64,000 nt of DNA. Origin: an uncultured cyanobacterium (lineage in GTDB: Bacteria > Cyanobacteriota > Cyanobacteriia > Cyanobacteriales > CAWUOF01). Positions 30,960 to 41,479 of this stretch are shown piece by piece. The stretch lies in assembly GCA_963744145.1 (NCBI GenBank), contig CAVUSO010000001.1, forward strand, positions 2,624,001 to 2,688,000, in the 5' to 3' direction. The translations under genes were made by a program, and so were the position numbers. Numbering within the stretch: position 1 is the stretch's first letter; each line of letters opens with the position of its first letter. A model generated the notes under the pieces. It saw nothing but the letters and a program-made list of their open reading frames with translations. It did no database searches and had not been told where the DNA came from.

Positions 30960-32531
30960 TTAAGATAGAATCTTTGGTAAGCCTACTTGTTTGGGTTGGA
31001 CAAATTTACCATTAAATCCCACTGCTTTACCTTCAATGGTTCTTGCTTCAGCTACTTTTAAGCGCAATTCGGCAATTTCCACATCATTCTTCATTCCACC
31101 CAAGAGATAAACAATTAACTCGCTAGCTAATTCCTGTCCAGAAACTAAGATCCGCTTTTTATTAGGATCAAAAAATATCCCATACCAGAGAGATTTGGGA
31201 GAATCTATTCCACTAAATCCGTCATCAGCATCGTATTTGCTGAGTTTATTAAAAACATCGGCGATCGGCAATCGTTTTTTAAATACTAAAATTCCTAACG
31301 CTTGAGCTAAAGCAACTTGTCCAACTGGACGAAACAGAATATTTCCTTCCCCACCTTTTTTTTCAAAACTAAAACGTCGCATATCTGGGGTTTCTGTGCC
31401 AAATCTTAAGCGATAATAGCTGGGTAAATCAGCTAAATGATCAAACAACTCAGAGAACTTCTCTAATCCTTCTTCCAGTTGCTTATTACTCGGACGGATG
31501 GGAATTAAATTTTTATCTGCTGGTTTCCAAGTTGGATATTTATGAATTAAATATCGCTCTGACATTTCTTTGAGAGCTTGAAGTGTAGTTAAAACAGTTG
31601 AATTATTCGCAACCGTAGGACTATCCCAATCAATCCGGGGATGACGACCATTTATACTTTTTAATAGGGGATGGGTAACCGCAACTTTTCTCGCAATAAT
31701 GGAAAATCCATCATCTTCATTGAGGAGGGTTAACTGTCCCTGACTTAATTTGACAGCACTAAGATTAACATGAACAAAAATAGATCTAATTCTTTTTCTT
31801 GCTTCAGCACGAGTTTCCCCTTTAACGACCGCTGGAATAAATTCAATCCCGATGCTTTCATTAACTAGTTTATAGAGTTCTTCGCTTTCTATTTCCGATT
31901 TTTCCATGATCTCTTCAATAGTGATCGCTGGACCGACATTTTTCTTCATTTTATTGACCGGTTGGAATTGACCGGTTTTTAGTAAGGTCATTAAACCTTG
32001 GATTCCCATGAGTCGGTGTTGACCATCTAGCGCAAAAATTGAGACATCCTTCAGTTTTAAAAAACCGACTGTCTCTTGACTATCTAAGCTAGTAAAATCT
32101 ATAGCATTTTTCCGCGATCGACCTCTTTTATCCCATTCTGGTGCTTCTGGATCATCTACCCAATCCGGACTAATTACCACTAACACCGCTGGAAATTTAT
32201 GGGTTTTTCGCGTGACTAAATACTGAGTTAAAGGTGCTTGACGCGACCAATCGAGAGGACGTTGCTGAATTTCCTCGATCGTTTCGATATCTCTGATTGT
32301 GTTTTTAGTTTGTGGATCTAATTTTTCGCGAAACAGTGGTAAATCGGAAGCAAATTTTACCCAACGATCTAACCATTCCAGTGTCACTGACCCAATAAAA
32401 GCTTCTGTACTTCCCATTTGGGTTTTCTGAACCAAAAGCAAATCATCTTTTGCTAAATATCGATCTAATAATCCTGTCAGCGCTTGTTTTTCTCTGTTTT
32501 TTGGTTCTAGTAGGTCGGTAGGGCTATTCAT
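30960..32531 (-). CDS. DGQHR-domain protein (DndB-like, ParB/Srx superfamily)
   Basis: QQRPLDWSR, ALDGQHR and IFVHVN motifs; start taken at MNSPT. Confidence 0.88.
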   Translation of the reverse strand: MNSPTDLLEPKNREKQALTGLLDRYLAKDDLLLVQKTQMGSTEAFIGSVTLEWLDRWVKFASDLPLFREKLDPQTKNTIRDIETIEEIQQRPLDWSRQAPLTQYLVTRKTHKFPAVLVVISPDWVDDPEAPEWDKRGRSRKNAIDFTSLDSQETVGFLKLKDVSIFALDGQHRLMGIQGLMTLLKTGQFQPVNKMKKNVGPAITIEEIMEKSEIESEELYKLVNESIGIEFIPAVVKGETRAEARKRIRSIFVHVNLSAVKLSQGQLTLLNEDDGFSIIARKVAVTHPLLKSINGRHPRIDWDSPTVANNSTVLTTLQALKEMSERYLIHKYPTWKPADKNLIPIRPSNKQLEEGLEKFSELFDHLADLPSYYRLRFGTETPDMRRFSFEKKGGEGNILFRPVGQVALAQALGILVFKKRLPIADVFNKLSKYDADDGFSGIDSPKSLWYGIFFDPNKKRILVSGQELASELIVYLLGGMKNDVEIAELRLKVAEARTIEGKAVGFNGKFVQPKQVGLPKILS

Positions 32532-32762
32532 GGACAAAGGTTTTAATAAACAATAAATGTTTATTAAATTACCATTTGAAAGTCCTGATGTCAATTTCTA
32601 GTAAGCGGTCAAGCAGAAAAATTTTTGGTTAAGATCCAGAAACCGGAAAGCAGATGTCCAAATCTTTATATTCAGGTAGGTTTTGTGAAGTATGTTCTCA
32701 TTTTTCTTAGTGTTACCAGTGGTTGGTGTTCAGGATTGAGTTAAAACCAAATCTCGAGAAAT

Positions 32763-34520
32763 CTACATTTTTTCCAACAAGGGAATTCCCAGTAAAGATA
32801 ATCCTAACTTCAAAGTCTGAGCAGTTAAATCACAAAGTAATAATCGGGAAATTCGCTCCTGTGCTTCAGCTTGTAACACTGGACAGCGATCGTAAAACTG
32901 ATTAAATTTCTGACTGAGTTCAAACAAATACTGACATAGACGATTTGGAAATAAATCATGAGCGACTTGATGAATAATTTCTGGTAATTGCACCAAATGT
33001 TTAGCTAATGCTAATTCTGTTTCTGCTTCCAGTTTAATTTTTGCATCTGCTCCTAAATGAGCAAAATCAATTTCACCTTTGCGACCAATTCCTTTAATTC
33101 GGACATAAGCATAAAGCAGATAAGGTGCGGTATTACCTTGTAATGCTAGCATTTTATCAAAGTTAAATATATAACTGCTAGTGCGATTTTGACTGAGATC
33201 AGCATATTTAACAGCACTCAATCCTACTACCTGAGCTACATGAGCAATAAATTCTTCAGATTCAGAACGATTTTCACTTTGAAGTCGATTTTCTAAATCA
33301 GTTCGAGCGCGAATAATAGCTTCATCTAATAATTCCTTTAATTTGACTGTTTCCCCCGAACGAGTTTTTAATTTTTTGCCATCTTCTCCTAATACTAATC
33401 CAAACGGAACATGAATAATATCAACTCCTTCAGGAATCCATCCTGCTCGTTGAGCTACTTGGAAAACTTGACTAAAATGATTAGATTGTCCCGCATCTGT
33501 TACATAGATAATTCGCTGGGCACCATCTTGTCCAATGCGATAACGCAATGCGGCTAAATCGGTAGTAGCATAATTATATCCACCATCAGTTTTTTGAATA
33601 ATTAAGGGTAAAGGTTGTCCTTCTTTATTAGTAAATCCTTCTACAAATACACATTTAGCACCATCATCTTCAACCAGCAAACCTTGGTGATTTAGGTCTT
33701 CCACAATACCTGGTAATAAATTATTATAGAAAGATTCCCCTCTTTCCACTAAACTAATATTTAGCAAATCATAAATAACTTGAAATTCCCGTCTGGATTG
33801 GTTACATAATAATTGCCAAGCATGACGAGAATCTGCTGCTCCAGCTTGGAGTTTTACTACTTCTTGTCTAGCTGTTTCTTTAAAAGTTGCGTCTTGATCA
33901 AAACGTTGTTTAGCTTGACGGTAAAAACTAACTAAATCTCCTAAATCTAGAGCATCAGCTGTAGTTAAAGCATCTGGGTATACTTCTCTAAGATAAGCGA
34001 TTAACATCCCAAATTGAGTACCCCAGTCACCCACATGGTTAAGTCTGACTAGATCATGATGTTGAAATTCTAAAATCCGAGCGATACAATCACCAATAAT
34101 GGTAGAACGCAAATGACCAACGTGCATTTCCTTAGCGATGTTAGGACTGGAAAAATCCACCACTATTTTTTGGGGAGTTTTGACGATCGGGACACCAAGA
34201 CGCTCATCTTGGTGGATGTTAATTAGCAGTGTTTCCAGGTATGATGGTTTGAGGGTAAGGTTGATAAAACCTGGTCCAGCAATCTCGATCGGTTCACAGA
34301 TGTCAGTAATGTTTAGCTGTTCGACTAGCTGTTGTGCGATCGCTCGTGGTTTTTGTCCCAGTTTTTTCGCCAGAGACATCGCTATATTAGACTGATAATC
34401 ACCAAATTTCGGATTATTGGTGGGAACTAATAGGGGGTCAGTCCCAGCAACACCCGGACCAAAAGCAGTCACTAAAGCTTGTTCAAATTGAATTTTGAGC
34501 TGTTCTAAGGGAGAATTCAT
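32763..34520 (-). CDS. argS: Arginine--tRNA ligase
   Basis: [49 protein letters not shown]-terminal EKM. Confidence 0.98.
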   Translation of the reverse strand: MNSPLEQLKIQFEQALVTAFGPGVAGTDPLLVPTNNPKFGDYQSNIAMSLAKKLGQKPRAIAQQLVEQLNITDICEPIEIAGPGFINLTLKPSYLETLLINIHQDERLGVPIVKTPQKIVVDFSSPNIAKEMHVGHLRSTIIGDCIARILEFQHHDLVRLNHVGDWGTQFGMLIAYLREVYPDALTTADALDLGDLVSFYRQAKQRFDQDATFKETARQEVVKLQAGAADSRHAWQLLCNQSRREFQVIYDLLNISLVERGESFYNNLLPGIVEDLNHQGLLVEDDGAKCVFVEGFTNKEGQPLPLIIQKTDGGYNYATTDLAALRYRIGQDGAQRIIYVTDAGQSNHFSQVFQVAQRAGWIPEGVDIIHVPFGLVLGEDGKKLKTRSGETVKLKELLDEAIIRARTDLENRLQSENRSESEEFIAHVAQVVGLSAVKYADLSQNRTSSYIFNFDKMLALQGNTAPYLLYAYVRIKGIGRKGEIDFAHLGADAKIKLEAETELALAKHLVQLPEIIHQVAHDLFPNRLCQYLFELSQKFNQFYDRCPVLQAEAQERISRLLLCDLTAQTLKLGLSLLGIPLLEKM

Positions 34521-34597
34521 AAATAATCTGTCATGCACCAAGAATAAGGGCGCTTGTTTACTATAACAATCTATGGATATAAGTTGACAAAGAAATT

Positions 34598-35626
34598 ATG
34601 AAGCTCCAAGATTTTATCGGCAAAAATTTTAAGTATGACCAAAAAGCGATCGCAGCTAATGATGAGCTTTCACGTCAAATTCAACAAAGACTGATTGACT
34701 TAAATTTGCTAGCACCTCCGGTTGATGGGGTTTTTGGTCCAGTTTCAGCTTTTGCGCTCCAGCAGTTTCAAATTTTGTTAAAGTGTGGAGAAACTGATTA
34801 TTTAGGTGCGCTGACTGCGAAAAAGCTGATCGAAGCTAAACGTAGTGATGTTCCCGCGTTACCAGCGATTGTGAAAACCCTCAGAAATACCTTTTTTAAA
34901 ACCAGACCCCTTGATTCTACCGAACTAACTAATGCTGAAAAACAAGCGATCCCAGGTAATTCCCAGTTTGAACTGATTGCTTATCAGCTCGAACGACAAC
35001 ATATCAGGATTATTCTGCTTAAAGATGCTTTTAATGGGATCAAGGTTTGGTATGCTTATGGTCCCCATGTCACGATTACCCAAAACGGAATTCAGGTTTA
35101 TCCGAAAATTAGACCAAAAACCGTTAAGTTACAAGTTCCCTATCTATCTCAATTGGATAATTATTATAGTCCCACAGGTACTTGTAATGTGACTTCTCTG
35201 GCTATGTGTTTCCTCTATTTAGGAATTCCCCAGAAAGATGATCAAAATGATTTTCCTGATGAGCTTTATCTCTATGCTTTGGATCATAACTTAAGCAGAC
35301 ATGAACCTTTAGATTTAGCTAAGATTGTCACAGCTTATGGTGCTCGTGATAATTTTACTAAAATTGCTACCATTGAAGATGTCCAAAATTGGTTAGCTGG
35401 TGGTAATCCTGCTGTTGTCCACGGCTATTTTACCGCTTATGGTCATGTGATTGTTCTGATTGGTTACGATGAAGATGGCTTTTTTGTTAATGATCCCTAT
35501 GGAGAATGGTTTGCTGATGGATATGATAACAGTTCTAGTGGTGCTGGTCTTCATTATTCCTACAATTTAATTCGTCGTGTTTGTATCCCTGATGGCAATT
35601 TCTGGGTACATTTTATTTCTAAATAG
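34598..35626 (+). CDS. Peptidoglycan-binding + C39-like peptidase family protein
   Basis: VDGVFGP PG-binding domain; VPYLSQ, TCNVTSLAM (Cys), GHVIVLIGYD (His), VNDPYG. Confidence 0.88.
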   Translation: MKLQDFIGKNFKYDQKAIAANDELSRQIQQRLIDLNLLAPPVDGVFGPVSAFALQQFQILLKCGETDYLGALTAKKLIEAKRSDVPALPAIVKTLRNTFFKTRPLDSTELTNAEKQAIPGNSQFELIAYQLERQHIRIILLKDAFNGIKVWYAYGPHVTITQNGIQVYPKIRPKTVKLQVPYLSQLDNYYSPTGTCNVTSLAMCFLYLGIPQKDDQNDFPDELYLYALDHNLSRHEPLDLAKIVTAYGARDNFTKIATIEDVQNWLAGGNPAVVHGYFTAYGHVIVLIGYDEDGFFVNDPYGEWFADGYDNSSSGAGLHYSYNLIRRVCIPDGNFWVHFISK

Positions 35627-35692
35627 TGGTCGGGGTAGATGACAATCCTGATGGAGTGTAAAATCCCACTATAATTAGGTAGTTTCTCGAAA

Positions 35693-37531
35693 ATGAGCGT
35701 TTTTCTGATTTTGAAAATCAAAATTTCAGCAATGGTTAACAAATGGCTTTTGGAAATTTGGACAAGCAAGTTTTTGCCAAATCATCAGGATTCTATCCCG
35801 CAAGTTTATGATGTGGAAGCGCGATCGCTTTTTTCCCAACCCACCAGGTCGATCGCTAAATCAATCTGGGGGAAAATGAGTAGCGCGATCGCTCTGATTA
35901 TTATTGCTGCTACGGGAATTACCTATGGGCAAATTAGAGATTTTTTTACCTCGATTACTCTAGCACAATTGCGCCAAACTGTCAATGAACGTGCCCAGCA
36001 AGAACAATCAATATTGTTGTTAGTAGAAGAACACCATGCTCTCCTGAAAAAAGAATTACTCCAACGACTAAAAGAACACCCCGATCGCAATGCTCAAAAA
36101 GAACTCCAACAAGAATTTGACCGTTTATTGGTGAAGGAGCGAGATGGGACAATTCGGACGCGCAAAGTAGGATTTGATCTGCAACAACAAGCAGGTGTAT
36201 ATATTAGTAATCGGGTGAAATTAACTGCTGAAATAGTCCAGCGAGTGTTAATATTTAATGATTTAGCTAGTCATCATGGTTCAGCTTGGAGTCAGAATTT
36301 TCAGAATCTATATTTTACTGCTCCAGAAAATATTATGGTTAGTTATTGGTCAGCATTTCCCTGGACTGAAAATATCAGCAATAGTACAAATATCTTTAAT
36401 CAAGAATATGTTCATTTTGGTGAAAAAAAGAATAATTCCCAGCGTCAAACAGTTTGGACGAGACCCTATGACAATGAGTTAGTCAAGGAATTAATGATTT
36501 CTTGTGTGACTCCAGTTGATTTTAATGGTAAGCATATTGCTAATATTACGACGGACTTATTTTTAGATGATCTGCTGAAGCGATCGCTAAAAAAGAATCT
36601 ACCCAAAACCTATAATATAATCTTTCGCAGTGATGGTGATTTAATCATTCACCCAGATTTTATGAATCAGCTCCAGAAGAAAAAAGGGAAATTAAATATT
36701 AATCAAATCCATGATCCTCAAATCCAGCGGATTTTTCAACTTGTCAAAAATCACCCGACAGGAGAGGTAGTATTAGATAATAAACTAGATGATCAATATC
36801 TAGCTGTCACTAAGATTAACGGTCCAGATTGGTATTTAGTTACAGTCTACCCCAAATCAGTATTGATGCAACCAGTTTGGGAAATATCAAGGTTGGTTTT
36901 GCTATTAGGACTGCTGTCATTGTGTCTAGAAATAATTATCTTATATTGGTTACTTCGTCAACAAATATCTACACCTTTAAATAAATTAATTAAAGTAGCT
37001 GAAATAGTTGCTCTGGGAAAAGATCAGAACAAATTAACACTACCGATCCATCAACATCAAGATGAAATTGGCTGTTTGATATCTTTATTTAAAGCGATCG
37101 CAACACAAGTTCGCGATCGACAGGAGCAGGAAAAAGTAGCAACTTCTTTGAGTGGGATTTCTCCCGAAGTACATGATTATCTCCATCTAATTATCGATAA
37201 TTTAGTCGATGGATTTATGGTAGCGGATATCGATAATAAAATTAAAATGTTTAATCCAGCGATCACCAATTTATTTAAGTTGGATAGTAAAGATTTATTA
37301 GGACAAGATATTGAGAAAGTTTTTGGAAGTCAAGTGGCAAATTTAGTCACTCAAACTAGAACTAATTTAGGACAGTTATTTAAGACCGAGATTCTCTTAG
37401 AGGGAGATCGTATTGGTCAGGTATTAGCCACATCGATGAAAATAAATATTGTTCCTGAAGATCATAATACCATAAAAACCAACTGGATTGCTTCAGTAGT
37501 AATGATCCAAAATAGTAACGGACACTTATGA
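35693..37531 (+). CDS. Membrane sensor (dCache-HAMP-PAS) without an output domain
   Basis: TM, Cache motif WTRPY…MISCVTPV, second TM, HAMP (PL..L…DEIG.L), PAS (IIDNLVDGFMVAD…FNPA); stops right after PAS; true start probably ~35876. Confidence 0.75.
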   Translation: MSVFLILKIKISAMVNKWLLEIWTSKFLPNHQDSIPQVYDVEARSLFSQPTRSIAKSIWGKMSSAIALIIIAATGITYGQIRDFFTSITLAQLRQTVNERAQQEQSILLLVEEHHALLKKELLQRLKEHPDRNAQKELQQEFDRLLVKERDGTIRTRKVGFDLQQQAGVYISNRVKLTAEIVQRVLIFNDLASHHGSAWSQNFQNLYFTAPENIMVSYWSAFPWTENISNSTNIFNQEYVHFGEKKNNSQRQTVWTRPYDNELVKELMISCVTPVDFNGKHIANITTDLFLDDLLKRSLKKNLPKTYNIIFRSDGDLIIHPDFMNQLQKKKGKLNINQIHDPQIQRIFQLVKNHPTGEVVLDNKLDDQYLAVTKINGPDWYLVTVYPKSVLMQPVWEISRLVLLLGLLSLCLEIIILYWLLRQQISTPLNKLIKVAEIVALGKDQNKLTLPIHQHQDEIGCLISLFKAIATQVRDRQEQEKVATSLSGISPEVHDYLHLIIDNLVDGFMVADIDNKIKMFNPAITNLFKLDSKDLLGQDIEKVFGSQVANLVTQTRTNLGQLFKTEILLEGDRIGQVLATSMKINIVPEDHNTIKTNWIASVVMIQNSNGHL

Positions 37532-37926
37532 ATATGATTTTAGGATTTGATCCAGGACGAGATAAATGTGGTTTAGCGGTAATGGGAAGCGATCGTCAAA
37601 TTTATGATCACCAAGTTGTCCCAGCGATCGCAGCTTTGACGGTAATTACATCTTTATGTGCAAAATTTCCTATTTCCTTAATAGTTATGGGTGATCAAAC
37701 TACTGGGAAAGAGTGGAAACAAAAGGTGATGGAAATTTTGCCGACTTTACCGATCGTGATGATTGATGAACGTTATTCCAGTTTAGAAGCTCGCGATCGT
37801 TATTGGCAAATGTATCCTCCAACTGGTTGGTCTGCTTTGATTCCCCAAGAAATGAGGTTACCACCAGGTCCCATTGATGATATCGTAGCAATTGTTTTGA
37901 TTGAAAGATATTTGCAGAAGAGTTAA
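37528..37926 (+). CDS. YqgF/RuvX-family RNase H-fold nuclease
   Basis: ILGFDPGRDKCGLA, IDERYSSLEAR, IDDIVA. Confidence 0.88.
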   Translation: MNMILGFDPGRDKCGLAVMGSDRQIYDHQVVPAIAALTVITSLCAKFPISLIVMGDQTTGKEWKQKVMEILPTLPIVMIDERYSSLEARDRYWQMYPPTGWSALIPQEMRLPPGPIDDIVAIVLIERYLQKS

Positions 37927-37963
37927 AATCTTCTAATTAGTGATCTAAGCTAGAGGAATTTTT

Positions 37964-39193
37964 ATGTCTTTGTCTAATCCCAATCAACCTCGTCTCTTAT
38001 CTTTTGCTCTCGACGATTCTCCTGTTCTCGGTAGACGAGTTTCCTTGTCATTGACCAACGGATTTGGAGTATTGGTTGGTCGAAATGGAGCTGGAAAATC
38101 AGCTATTATCGAAGGGTTGGAAGCTATATCATTAAGTGCTACTGGTAGAACTAACCAGAGAAATCTACCAAAGGATAGCGATAGCATTCCCAAAAAATTA
38201 GATATCGAAATTTTGACACCGACTGGTCGTCAGTTACAATACCATTATGAGCTGATAACTACAACTATATCTGCTGACGATCCAGACATAGATGACTCCA
38301 CAAATGATAGATCAGAAGAGAGCCAATTTTCCTGGAATGACTACTGTCAATACATTGATGGACAGAAAGAAGTTCTATGGACTACTAACACTGGAGTAAC
38401 GACCTTCAATCAGGAAGATGATCCAATTATTCTTGGTCGTATTAGCTCACTTGTACTTGAACGATTGTATCTACCAAAAAACTTACAACAAATAAAGTCA
38501 ACTAATGAAATGCAGTGGGTTTACGCTGTTTTGAAAGGAATTCGTATTCTGGGAAAGGTTCCTGTTCGTAGAACTTCTAGACGTAGACCATCTCAGATCA
38601 GAGTATTCCATAAACGTACTATTATTGGTGTTGATGATATAATAGATAGACTGACTCATAAAATAATTCGTCTAGATCTGGAAGAACTTGATGAACTTAA
38701 AGCAGTTTGTCAACGAATTGGACTTGGAAACGAGATCACTATACAGAAGTTTGTTTTAAGTGGGACATCTGGAGAGAAACTTGAAAGTGAAGATGAAGAA
38801 CATTTCATTTCAGTATTATTAGATGGGGTCAATATCGGGTTGCTCTCTGACGGAACACTTCGGATTTTATCGATTCTGTTAGAAATAATTCCATCATCTT
38901 CTAGTACAACGACAATAATTGAAGAACCTGAAACACAAATTCATCCAGGTCTGCTCTCAAAATTACTAAATGAGATTGAGAGCTATACTTTTGGAGAAAA
39001 TTTAGTTATCTCTACTCATTCGCCACAAGTAGTCTCATGGACTAGTCCAGACAAAATTAATTTAGTTTATCGAAATCATGGACAGATATTTGTGCGGAAA
39101 CTAGGTAAAAACGAAATCCAAAGGGTTGTCGAATATCTTTCAGAAGATGGCAACTTAGGTGAATGGATTTACGGTGGTATAATCGATGAGTAA
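37964..39193 (+). CDS. ABC/AAA_21-type ATPase (AbiEii/OLD-type defence-associated)
   Basis: Walker A GRNGAGKS, signature LSDGT, Walker B IIEEPETQIHP, H-loop STHSP. Confidence 0.88.
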   Translation: MSLSNPNQPRLLSFALDDSPVLGRRVSLSLTNGFGVLVGRNGAGKSAIIEGLEAISLSATGRTNQRNLPKDSDSIPKKLDIEILTPTGRQLQYHYELITTTISADDPDIDDSTNDRSEESQFSWNDYCQYIDGQKEVLWTTNTGVTTFNQEDDPIILGRISSLVLERLYLPKNLQQIKSTNEMQWVYAVLKGIRILGKVPVRRTSRRRPSQIRVFHKRTIIGVDDIIDRLTHKIIRLDLEELDELKAVCQRIGLGNEITIQKFVLSGTSGEKLESEDEEHFISVLLDGVNIGLLSDGTLRILSILLEIIPSSSSTTTIIEEPETQIHPGLLSKLLNEIESYTFGENLVISTHSPQVVSWTSPDKINLVYRNHGQIFVRKLGKNEIQRVVEYLSEDGNLGEWIYGGIIDE

Positions 39194-39582
39194 TTGCGTG
39201 ATTGGCTTGATTGCTGAAGATGATACAGATTGTGATACAACCGAAAGAAAAATTAATAGATTTGTCGATTGGTGCAAATAGGAAACCACGTTATAGCACA
39301 ATCCGGTTCAGTTAAGATTTTACTATATATAGTTGATCTGTTTGTTGCATAAATGGTGGGCAAAGCATTTCGGTAATATTCTTCTTCCCTTCGACTTCGC
39401 TCAGGGCAAGCGTTTTAACCATCATTTATGCGCCGAAATGCTTTGCCCCTACAGTGAACTGAACCCTATTGCGTTATAGTACAAATATGAATGTTGAACT
39501 AGCGGAAAAACTAAATATAGAAATTTGCTCCGATCGCTGTCCTTCATTTAAAAAACTGCGTGATTTTCTTCTATCATTATAG
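39186..39582 (+). pseudogene. Disrupted DUF4276/TOPRIM-like partner of the ATPase
   Basis: N-terminal piece MSNCVIGLIAEDDTDCDT (39186-39239) is joined out of frame to PKEKLIDLSIGANRKPRYS (from 39241); MITE insertion; then RYSTNMNVELAEKLNIEICSDRCPSFKKLRDFLLSL* (39472-39582). Confidence 0.7.
39299..39471. mobile_element. MITE with terminal inverted repeats and ~10-bp target-site duplication
   Basis: CAATCCGGTTCAGTT … AACTGAACCCTATTG ends; flanks CGTTATAGCA / CGTTATAGTA; internal GGGCAAAGCATTTCGG…CCGAAATGCTTTGCCC hairpin. Confidence 0.8.
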
Positions 39583-39838
39583 AGATATTGATAATTTGTT
39601 TTATTGATAAAATGGCAGAATAAAATTATGTTATTTAAGCTAACTAAAAGGTTTACTGAAAAAGTAATACCAATTTCATAGATTACAATACTTCGGGCAG
39701 TTTTTGGTTGCCAACGGTAGAATAAGGGTTTCATCAACCTATTACTTTTGCTGTGTCAATGAAAAATCAAGGGTTTCAGGCTATGACCTAAAAACGGTTT
39801 GGACTATTGATATCTGACATTCTTTTCAGAAAAGATTA

Positions 39839-39867
39839 TTGACATTCCTCAAAAGGAATATTATCAT
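39839..39867 (+). promoter_or_regulatory. Sigma70 promoter with internal palindromic operator for the TA-CHAT operon
   Basis: TTGACA-17-TATCAT; ATTCCT-caaa-AGGAAT dyad (39844-39859) in the spacer; AGAGGT RBS follows. Confidence 0.75.
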
Positions 39868-39882
39868 TAGAGGTAAGATGTA

Positions 39883-40284
39883 ATGTGGACTTGGGAGTTA
39901 TACCAAAACATCAACGGAGAAGTCCCCAAAGAGCTACTGGCTTTCTTTATTAGAATGATCCCAGAGGATGAACTGCCAATTGCCCCACCGTCACCAGTGC
40001 TGACCCCAGCAGAAACTAAGAGGCTCCAAGTCAATCTCGGATACCTCTGTTCTAAAGGTTTAGCGTCTCTGATGAGCGACATTTTCGAGAAACTGGAGGA
40101 TGACCTGTACGAGTTACGCATGACCAAAAGCGAACATAACCCTAGATTTATCCTAACTCCTGTGACTCCCCAGCGATTTGTAGTGCTGCACGCTTTTATG
40201 AAGAAATACAACGGTGCTATTAAAGATAAAGATAAAGAACCAGCAAGACAAAGACTACGCGAACTTAAGACGCGAGAAAATTAA
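39883..40284 (+). CDS. RelE/HigB (Gp49-like) family toxin
   Basis: KLEDDLYELR…RFI…VVLHAFMKK…ARQRL; toxin-first arrangement with TAATG coupling to an HTH gene. Confidence 0.82.
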   Translation: MWTWELYQNINGEVPKELLAFFIRMIPEDELPIAPPSPVLTPAETKRLQVNLGYLCSKGLASLMSDIFEKLEDDLYELRMTKSEHNPRFILTPVTPQRFVVLHAFMKKYNGAIKDKDKEPARQRLRELKTREN

Positions 40285-41030
40285 TGAGCAAGCAGTACAA
40301 CTTTCAAAATTGGCTCCAAACCAAAATAAGTGATGACCCAGAGGTGGTTTTGGCTGAAAAATTAGAGTATCTGCGGCTTTACCTGACTGATACAATGCGG
40401 GAGTTACGGATTAAAGCGGGATTGACTCAAGCACAGTTAGCTGAAAAATTAGAAGTACAACAAGCAGCAGTATCTAAGCTGGAGTCAGCACTTAAAGATC
40501 ATGAGTTAGAGTCGGTCCTAAACTATTTGCATAAATTAGATGCAGATTTACTGGTAGCTGTCAAACAGGGAGATGAACTTTATCAAGTAAGTGACAATTC
40601 TGGGACGGTGCTAGTAGACATACCAATTGAAGTCCAAGAACTAGCAATCTCAAAAGGGATGAGTCTGCGCGATTATGTTCAGACAGCAATCAAGCACTTT
40701 TCACCCAAGAGTAGAACAGTTAGAGAATCAGTGACAGCTTTTTTGGAGAGTAATGACCCAGTTGCTGTACAGGTAAGGGAGAGATTGAAAGCTAAATCCT
40801 CAGAAGAAATTGCGATCGAGTTGGAAAAATGTCTGAGCATTTCCGATGAAGAAGACCGGATTTTCGCTGTTAAAAATGCTTTAGCTGGAGGGATTAGAAT
40901 TCGTGATAATAACCGCGATATTAGTGATAAAAATGATGAAATTGAATTGCTGGATTTAGCTGAGAGTCTGTTGGAAAAATTGACAGATATTTGGGATTAT
41001 ACTGTTGAGTATTTGGGGAATAGCGAGTAA
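40284..41030 (+). CDS. XRE-HTH (HigA-like) antitoxin with extra C-terminal module
   Basis: LRIKAGLTQAQLAEKLEVQQAAVSKLES HTH, RHH-like middle (ELAISKGMSLRDYV), then an ~85-aa module shared with 41476-42060. Confidence 0.82.
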   Translation: MSKQYNFQNWLQTKISDDPEVVLAEKLEYLRLYLTDTMRELRIKAGLTQAQLAEKLEVQQAAVSKLESALKDHELESVLNYLHKLDADLLVAVKQGDELYQVSDNSGTVLVDIPIEVQELAISKGMSLRDYVQTAIKHFSPKSRTVRESVTAFLESNDPVAVQVRERLKAKSSEEIAIELEKCLSISDEEDRIFAVKNALAGGIRIRDNNRDISDKNDEIELLDLAESLLEKLTDIWDYTVEYLGNSE

Positions 41031-41095
41031 TTTTGAATCTAGGAAACAATCCATAAAAACCTATAAATAAGCAGATTAGGACAGGTAAAATTAAA

Positions 41096-41479
41096 TTGAT
41101 TTTTGATGAAGTTAAGCGAATAGCTGTTGTGCAAGCAATTAGGAGAGTTAGAGAGCAAATTATTTGGAAACAGGGAAAAGCTAATCCTCATCTGGTCAAA
41201 AGAATTCGCTTAGGTCATTTGCCAGAAGATGCTACTATTGAACAATATAATGCCATCATCACTTTTGTAGTTAATAACAATGATTCCAATGTTTATGTAT
41301 ATGTTTTTGGAGAAATGATTTATCCCACAATAGTAGCTAATATGGAAAATAGAATTTGGCTAGTAATGATAGGATTAGATGGGGTTTTAGAAACTTCCTT
41401 TCCTCCCGATGACCCCGAAGGTTATCTAGCTAAATCAGAGTTTATTTATCTAGGTTCAGTTAAGGAGTTAGAAATATGA
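41096..41479 (+). CDS. Hypothetical protein, putative toxin of a second TA-like pair
   Basis: 127 aa; WKQGKA..HLVKRIRLGHLP…WLVMIGLDGVLETSFPPD; ATGA-coupled to the next gene. Confidence 0.6.
   Translation: MIFDEVKRIAVVQAIRRVREQIIWKQGKANPHLVKRIRLGHLPEDATIEQYNAIITFVVNNNDSNVYVYVFGEMIYPTIVANMENRIWLVMIGLDGVLETSFPPDDPEGYLAKSEFIYLGSVKELEI

Noticed and set aside
39474..40211. Minus-strand ORFs of 87 and 114 aa
   Set aside because: Antisense to the DUF4276-like remnant and the RelE-like toxin; no recognisable motifs
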